A stretch of DNA of 54,487 nt from Catajapyx aquilonaris (lineage: Eukaryota): contig JYFJ02002574.1 of assembly GCA_000934665.2 (NCBI GenBank), forward strand, positions 1-54,487. The letters run 5' to 3'. Each line of letters opens with the position of its first letter. Within the stretch, counting starts at the first letter, position 1. Below, in pieces: positions 47,277 through 54,487 of this stretch. A program made the translations under genes and the position numbers. The notes below the pieces were generated by a model. That model did no database searches. It was not told the origin of the DNA and was given only the letters and a program-made list of their open reading frames with translations.

Positions 47277-50200
47277 GTGAGTTGTAATGAAATAGCATGC
47301 AATATTGCAACTGCCTGATGTGTAACATATAGCTATAGTGCGTAATATTAATGTGCTATAAGAAGAATATTTCTTAGTCTTAGATCTTAGAGAAGAATAT
47401 TTCTTAGTCTTAGATCTTAGAGAAGAATATTTCTTAGTCTTAGATCTTAGAGAAGAATATTTCGTAGTCTTAGAGAAGAATATTTCTTAGTCTTAGCTCT
47501 TAGAGAAGAATATTTCTTAGTCTTAGCTCTTAGAGAAGAATATTTCTTAGTCTTAGCTCTTAGAGAAGAATATTTTTTAGTCTTAGCTCTTAGAGAAGAA
47601 TATTTCTTAGTCTTAGCTCTTAGAGAAGAATATTTTTTAGTCTTAGCTCTTAGAGAAGAATATTTCGTAGTCTAAGAGAAGAATATTTCGTAGTCTTAGA
47701 GAAGAATATTTCGTAGTCTTAGAGAAGAATATTTCGTAGTCTTAGAGAAGAATATTTCGTAGTCTTAAAGAGGAATATTTCTTAGTCTTACAGAATAATA
47801 ATTCAAGGGAAATAGGTGGTGTGAAACAAGTGACGTAGGGGATTTGACAGGTAAGGTTTCTTGTACAAAAAAACATGTTGGAAAGGAGTACACAAACCAA
47901 TCTCACTTCAAGGGCGCGTAATTGTCCGTTGCTGATCCCATTTTTTATAATAGCTTTGTGTTAATGCATTTTAATGAAGCGTATATTAACAGGGGCGTGT
48001 AACAGCCATTTAAAACCGGTTTTAATAATTTAAAAAATAACTACAGCAACAACAACACTTAATTGGGCATACACTGTGATGGATTTTATTTTAGAAAGAG
48101 AACCCACAAAAACCAGATATGAAGTTATCAAAGAAGCAATATATTAGTATGTTGCATTAGCTACTACCCCACTGTGCCCCATAACCGGTTTCTAAGACAC
48201 GTATGAAGGATATAGCGGTTACACTGTAATGTTTGCAGCATACTGTAGTCTACATGAAACTGCGTTGCAAGAAAAATGATATCGAAATAAGCAGTATGCA
48301 TTCGGATGGGACTGAAGAAGCAGCAGAGAGACTCACTTGATATTCATATCATGATGTACTTAGGCGGATGTTGAGGAAAAATATGGGATAAAGAGCACCA
48401 CTTTTTTTGTTGGACCTCCTTAAGCGAAGAATAAAGCACAGGTCTGAGAAACAAATGTGACATGTCAAGATTCTTTATTGGTGAATCACGACAAAATTAT
48501 CTTCAGTATGATCCTTTGCATTTGTCATGCATAGGATCCATTCCAGAATAATTGTTAAGCTGCTAACAGCTACAATTTTTTTATGGAGGTTGTTCCTAAC
48601 AAGGTTAGACTGAATAATGACATTAAATTTTGTGCAATCGATAGGTAATGCGTAAATATGCCTTTAAAATTAGCCTTTTTTTCTTAATAAAATTGCAACC
48701 GGAAGAGCTACCTGAAACAATATATTTGAATTCAATAATTATAGTGATGGTAGATGATAGCTATTGTTATGCCAAGTCGTATAAACACAATTTAAAAATC
48801 AAATTATTATTACTATTATTAGCAGAAAATCTCGAAATATTGTTTATTGTGAATGTCTACATGTAACTGAATATTTTCCATAATGTTCTTCGAAATAATT
48901 GGCTTTTAGATATACTTAAACTGTATGTAATGAATTTAACTTTCTCAAAATTATAGTTTCTCATTCTAATACCTTTTAAAATGTGCAACCAGTATTTCAC
49001 AATATTACTGTCTCATATTAAGGGGTGGTATGTCAAATGGGCATGGTCTACCATTGCTAAATATGCTAAAGGTTATACTGTATGAAGATCCTAGCTTATC
49101 CTGTCGCGATTTACATTTTGAAAAATTGATCTCACCAATTTCAAGCAGGGATGAATAAACCCAAGGGGAATTTTCACATTTAAACAACCTTTTTATAGAT
49201 ATCTTTTAGATATCTTTTTAGATGTTTTTAGATATTCTCGATATTCTCGATATTTTTATTTTATTATTAGACACAACTAAAATTTTACTAAAATAAGGTT
49301 GTTCATTGCAAAACTTATGGAACGACCTTTTAATCACTATATGAATTTGAATTTTTTTAAATTACTTATTAACTTGTACTATAGTCGAATACTGAAAGAC
49401 TGTTATATAACCATAATATTAATACAGTATTATTACATATCGCTAATTTGCAGGATAATTTACGCTAGTCAAGGTCTTTTTCCTCCTTTTTCCTTCCTTA
49501 GTCCAGCTGATAGTATCCCGACCTACCCCAATGCGTAATAATGCAAACATCTCCCCCAGGTAAATCCGATCAAGATTGCGCAACCTGATCACATCCTCTA
49601 TACTTCTCCTTCCAGTTAACCTTGCTGGATGCCATACAACTTTTTGTTCCGGGTGGTCAAACTGGTTTAGTGGTTATAATATTCAAGTCGTGGATCTTTT
49701 TTTCCTTAGGGATACGTATTCCTCATGCAGACTCAAAATTTTGCCCTTGGATTGCCCCCGCCTATGTTATACAAGGCTACTATCCCTTCATGTACTGTAT
49801 AGAGCAAGCGTATGCATTGATTTATTAATGAGTTACGTGGGATCAAACTTCACACCACTTCGAACACTTTATAGTGAAATAATGTAGTAAAACTTCATAA
49901 CAAGAGTGTCATATAACATACAAAAAATTAGTTAGAGATATGAATCTCTAGTATTGAATAAAAAATATTGAAATCATTTGTTGCGCAAAGCATTTTTTAA
50001 ATACTTTACACTTAAAGTCACCTGCCTCCACATACGCCTTATTTATGAGATTTCCAATATGCAAATAAACTGGAAGCCGTAGGCCTATATTCCATTGGAG
50101 CTGACCAAGGTTCATTCCTGCAAGGTCGTAATTACAGTCCTATGCAAAACATAACGCAATGAAGAATTTCATTCGAGTCCAAATTGTAATCCAAGTCATT

Positions 50201-50478
50201 AAGGTTTGGAATAAATAATAATTATTTTAGTGCACAAATTACGTGAAAGACAATCCATTTAATCCAACATTGGCGAGTACAACTTTATATATATATCCAA
50301 TGGAAGCAGCTGTGCTCAGTGTAATAATGGTTACCGGTATTGCACTCGTCTGTAATTTTTTGACTGCATTATTTATTTATCTATACGTATATTTATTTGT
50401 GTATTTATTTTATTCAGTATTTACAGATTTATTAGGCTATATTTTAATTAATCATTTTCTCATTTTATTTATTATTTA

Positions 50479-50510
<32 letters not shown>

Positions 50511-53500
50511 GGACAGGCAAAAGGAAATACATGTAATTAAGAATCTAAATTAAAGGAAGGCCGGGTCGGAAGGACGGGAGAGGTTGGAGATGTAGGAGGT
50601 GAACCCCAGATGGCAGGAAAATGACGGTTGGCGTTCCGGGCGGACAGACAGACAGACAGATCACAAACGGATGAAGATGATATCTAATGTAGGACTACTG
50701 TACATTTCAGATATGCGCTTCTTGGAGCCAGCGGATGTGGCAAAACGACAGTCTTGTCATGCGTGGTTGGACACATACCCTTGGACTCAGGTGAAGTTCG
50801 CATATTCGGACGGAAGCCCAACACCAAAGACAGCGGTGTACCGGGTCCTCTGGTAGGATACATGGCTCAAGACAAAGGCCTCTCTTTGCAAGTCAAGGTG
50901 GGAGAGCTTTTGTACTACTTCGGCCGCCTGTATGGTATGACTCCAGTAGAGATACATCATAGAATATCGTTTCTGCTTAAGCTGTTACAACTGCCACCAA
51001 AAACTAAATATATCTACACGCTCAGGTGAGTCCACCGAGTCAACCGGACTTGGACCACTATTAAATTAATACTGACCTGTCATCCGTTTCAGTGGTGGTC
51101 AACAGAAGAGGTTGTCGTTTGCAATCGCTCTCATTCACGAACCAAAGCTGCTTATTCTGGACGAGCCGACCGTCGGAGTCGATCCCATTCTGCGAAAAAT
51201 GTATGGTCATAATATTATAAGCATTATTTTGATTTTTTTTACAGTATAATTTTTTTTGCCATCTGTGGATAAATTAAAATTAACTGCTTTCTTTCATGCC
51301 GACTGGACGTCCGTATTTTAATTATTTTGTATATTCTTCGTGTTCAAAACTTAACTTGTAGATTAATTTTCATTAACAGTCAGACACTTGAAATATTCAA
51401 ACAATGACAAAAAAGTAACATGTTCCATGCAATTTTTTACTGACATGATGGCACTTTAAATGTAGCAAATAATCAATCTCCATCATTGTTTCTGTCCATC
51501 TCGTAAGTAAATGTGTTGTCATTGTTGTACATGGAATTACTTATTGCCAGGATATGGACGTATCTGCACAAGTTGACATCCGGAGGCACTACCATTGTGA
51601 TAACCACTCACTACATAGAAGAGGCTCGAAAAGCACACATGGTTGGCCTGCTGAGGAACGGTCGTCTCCTAGCCCAGCAGAATCCCACTGACCTTATGCA
51701 ACAATATTCCGCCAAGACACTGGAGGAAGTGTTCCTAAAGCTCTGCTGTAGCGACGAGGAACAGTTAGTCAAGCGACAGAGTCAGTCACGTGCCAAACAG
51801 CAGAAGCCCAGCGTGTCTGAAGAGGAAGAAGAGAAGCTTCCGATATTATTCGAGCAAAAATCTAGCTCTTGGGATCGTATTAAGGCCATCATTGAAAAGA
51901 ACTGCAAAAGATTGTACCATGACTACCTGTAAGTAGTTCAAGGCATCATCATCATCATCATCAATTACTCTTTCACACTCTTTCAGCCCGCCAGTAATGT
52001 TCATCAATCTGGCTCCTGTCATCATGCTGGCAGTGGTAATTGCCCTTGGAGGAAACCCCAGAGCAGTCAACGTGGCAGTGGTGAACCATGAGTGGCCTCA
52101 AGAACCTATATGTCAACCCTTTGGCGACTGTTTCTTCTACAACCTCAGCTGCATGTTCTTACAGGGCATCGATCGAAATATTATTACCCTGGTAATATTA
52201 CCACATAAGACTCACTTATTATTATTTTTAATGGCTGTGTTTGACAGGTGCCATACGAAACTGAGGCTCAAGCATTGGCGGCAGTACATGATGGCCAAGC
52301 AGCTGGTATGGTTACGTTTCCAGCTAACTACTCCGACGGTATTGCAAATCGTCTTATAGAAGGTCTTCGAGTCGATAACACATCAATAGCCAATTCTATC
52401 GCAGACATGAGGATGGACATGTCAAGTAAGTTATTACATCTGTAATTCAAACATCAGAATTTTACTATTGGCTATCTCTGCAGATTACCACGTGGCACTC
52501 CTGACACAAAGAGCTTTCCTTCTGAGGTACTCGGAAATGGCGCATGAACTGTCTGCACTCTGTGGTTCCAATGAACTGCTGACCGCCTCTCCAATCAAGT
52601 TCGACACACCGATTTACGGACGAGAGAATCCGGACTTTCTTGAATTCATTGGCCCAGGTGTTTTCATCAAGTGAGTATCATGTTGGAAATCTCAAGAGAT
52701 ATATATGTACAACACTGATTTTCCCTATTTCCAGCGCTCTATTTGGCATCATGCTTATTGGATGTGCAGCATTCTTCTTGTGGGAAAAGGAAGATGGGAT
52801 GTTGGAGCGGATTATAGTAGCAGGTAACTATAGATTAATTTCTTTTAGAGGGCCACAGAGTGCGCACCACAGCTGGCGCAGCTCCATTGTTCTGACAATG
52901 TTTCCAGAGTTACTCCCCAGGGGCAGGGAGCATATACTACATAAGAGGCGCAAACATTCGATTTCCGCGTCTCTCTGTTTGGGGGCGTTGCCAAGGCTGG
53001 CGGCCATTTTGAAGTGTGGGCAACGCCAACGAGGTATGAATAGGGTACAGGCAAAAATAGGGTCCGCCATCTTTGATTCACGCGTGTTCTTGCCGTGGTG
53101 TTGCCATGGCCGCCAAAACCATCAAAGATGGCGGACCCTATTTTTGCCTGTACCCTATTTATACCTCGTTGGCATCGCCCCCATATCAAAATGGCCGCCA
53201 GCCTTGGCAACGGCCCCAAACAGAGAGAAGCGGACATCAAAGGCGCTGACAGAAGTTTGCGCCTCTTATGTAGTATATGCTCCCTGCCAGGGGTCTCTGG
53301 GATTCGGAAACGTCGCAAGCATCTGCCATTTTATTCCTTCCCAATCGCAGCATTGGAAACATGATACAGAGAGCTTACCAGTTGTCACTGATAATGCCAA
53401 CCGTGCACGTTGCGCGAACTATGGTGCGCACTCGGTTGCGCTCGCAAAATAACTCATCTACAATACTGGCAATGTCCATAATGGTGTCTACTCTAAGGAG

Positions 53501-54034
53501 AAAAATGACATCCATTGTGACACTGTATTATAATTTCCAGGAGTCAAAGAGTGGGAACTCCTAGTGGCTCAAACGGTGACTCAGATCTTCTTCGTCCTGT
53601 ACGTTGTGATAGTCATGATGCTGATCATGTACGTAGCTGTCGTACCGGTCAACCACACCATGCCGTGGGTGTTCCTTCTGGCCTTTCTTCAAGGAATATG
53701 CGCCACAATGCTGGCGTTGTACCTGGGCACAGTCCTGCCTCGTTTCACCACGGCTCTCGTTGCCTTCATCGCTGTCTTGATCTACAACCACATCATGAGC
53801 GGAATACTGTGGCCATTAGAAGGTGTTCCATATGAGTTTATGAAATGGCTGTGTTACCTGAATCCGAACACTTGGGCCAACGAGGGCTCCAGAAGCATGG
53901 TGACTCGGGGCACCTCGTTATATGACAAGAGAGTTATTATTGGCTTTGCGACAACATTAGGGTGGACAGCAGTGTTTTTTATCATGACTATGATTGCTAT
54001 GAGGCGGTTCAGAGGAAGCCTGGTGCAACATTAG
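47128..54034 (+). CDS. ABCH: ABC half-transporter, ABCH subfamily (NBD-TMD order; often annotated 'ABC transporter G family member 20/23-like'). Exons: 47128-47276, 50711-51025, 51093-51200, 51551-51928, 51987-52191, 52248-52425, 52484-52670, 52735-52823, 53541-54034 (2103 nt, 700 aa + stop)
   Basis: All eight introns are GT-AG and phases join in frame. Walker [10 protein letters not shown]-loop GYMAQ, signature LSGGQQKR (split by intron 2), Walker B/D-loop [14 protein letters not shown]-loop TTHYIEEA, then an ABC2-type membrane domain ([18 protein letters not shown]). The [13 protein letters not shown] segment matches the arthropod ABCH pattern. Confidence 0.93.
47361..47791. repeat. Minisatellite in ABCH intron 1 (30 bp unit AGAAGAATATTTCTTAGTCTTAG(A/C)TCTTAG and a 23 bp variant)
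   Basis: About 16 head-to-tail units with no spacers. Confidence 0.97.
50470..50696. mobile_element. GTCT-microsatellite-bearing element end(s), DINE-1/Helentron-like
   Basis: (CTGT)n at 50471-50510 and (ACAG)n at 50644-50660, followed by ...GATGATATCTAATGTAGGACT; the family call is by resemblance only. Confidence 0.4.
50711..51025 (+). CDS. ABCH: ABCH exon 2 (Walker A, Q-loop)
   Basis: tttcag acceptor, [17 protein letters not shown]...YIYTL, GTGAGT donor. Confidence 0.95.
51093..51200 (+). CDS. ABCH: ABCH exon 3 (signature and Walker B)
   Basis: [36 protein letters not shown] between a tttcag acceptor and a gtatgg donor. Confidence 0.95.
51551..51928 (+). CDS. ABCH: ABCH exon 4 (H-loop and linker)
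   Basis: [29 protein letters not shown]...; ccag acceptor, gtaagt donor. Confidence 0.95.
51987..52823 (+). CDS. ABCH: ABCH exons 5-8 (51987-52191, 52248-52425, 52484-52670, 52735-52823): first TM helix, extracellular loop, further TM segment
   Basis: Short 56-64 bp GT-AG introns with in-frame joins. Peptides [33 protein letters not shown]. Confidence 0.9.
52848..53443. mobile_element. MITE in ABCH intron 8, same family as 41651-42367, inverted
   Basis: Ends AGAGTGCGCACCACAG and GTGCGCACTCGGTTGCGCTC; internal palindrome ~52918-53075 versus ~53122-53290. Confidence 0.88.
53541..54034 (+). CDS. ABCH: ABCH exon 9 (C-terminal TM helices, stop)
   Basis: ttccag acceptor, [11 protein letters not shown]...[11 protein letters not shown]...IGFATTLGW..., TAG at 54032-54034. 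Confidence 0.93.
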
Positions 54035-54487
54035 TGAAGTGAGAGGGCATATGTGATATGTTTTGGAGTAGTTATGTGCGTTAGTTTCATTGTGCATTTG
54101 GGCATGTATAGGGGCCCACATCAAATTGTCACTCATTGTCACGGAAGCCCCATAAAAACCATGGCCACCTCCAGTTTTTTCGATCAACTGGAGCAACTAT
54201 TGAAGATCTGTTAGGCACATTCTAGCCAAAGTTGTTACCTAATCATTAGTGTCCTTGATAATAATTAAATATTATGTGTTCTTTAATGGCCAAGCCAGAA
54301 AATGGTTGAAAATATTTTACCTCATACAGCACTGTGTAATCTTCAAATTTCAAATCCTCATCTCTCAATATGTGGCATATGAGAGTTACTGATAGTACTT
54401 GCTCTGATCTGAAAATATTGGGACACCCCCAAAAAATGGAGTGGTGGGGTTATACACAGGATGTGATAAAAAGTTTCCATTAAGATT

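Noticed and set aside
47361..47791. CRISPR-like array of ~30 bp repeats
   Set aside because: Units are head-to-tail with no unique spacers, there are no cas genes, and it lies in a eukaryotic intron.
52640..53452. Longest ORF in the track (270 aa) as a separate gene
   Set aside because: It is ABCH exon 8 read through flanking intron and MITE sequence; the overlapping ORFs at 52828-53364 are palindrome artefacts.
1..54487. Prokaryotic operon or defence-system interpretation, tRNA or rRNA genes
   Set aside because: Coding density is low and the window has spliceosomal introns and eukaryotic TEs; no tRNA or rRNA signature was recognised by eye.

Overview
Eukaryotic genomic DNA, most likely arthropod: AT-rich, with spliceosomal introns, an insect-type SINE and an ABCH transporter. 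The only intact host gene I can support is a 9-exon ABC half-transporter of the ABCH type on the + strand (CDS 47128-54034, 700 aa by my splice model). The upstream ~45 kb has no intact gene I can see. It is densely packed with MITEs, fold-back palindromes and short relics of many transposon superfamilies (hAT, Merlin, Harbinger, Tc1/mariner, pogo, piggyBac, Ty3/Gypsy, LINE/RTE, Helitron). The most striking structure is a set of decayed, mutually homologous protein-coding segments between ~9 and ~44.4 kb, all on the minus strand. One family reconstructs as a Cys-rich type I membrane glycoprotein (signal peptide, Trp-rich juxtamembrane segment, TM helix, short tail). A second family is an unrelated unknown protein. 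In the blocks I aligned by hand, several copy-to-copy differences are synonymous, which suggests repeated integration of related viral sequences, i.e. a candidate endogenous-viral-element archive or piRNA-cluster-like locus. Viral origin is inferred from protein architecture, not from a database search. All translations and alignments were done by eye.
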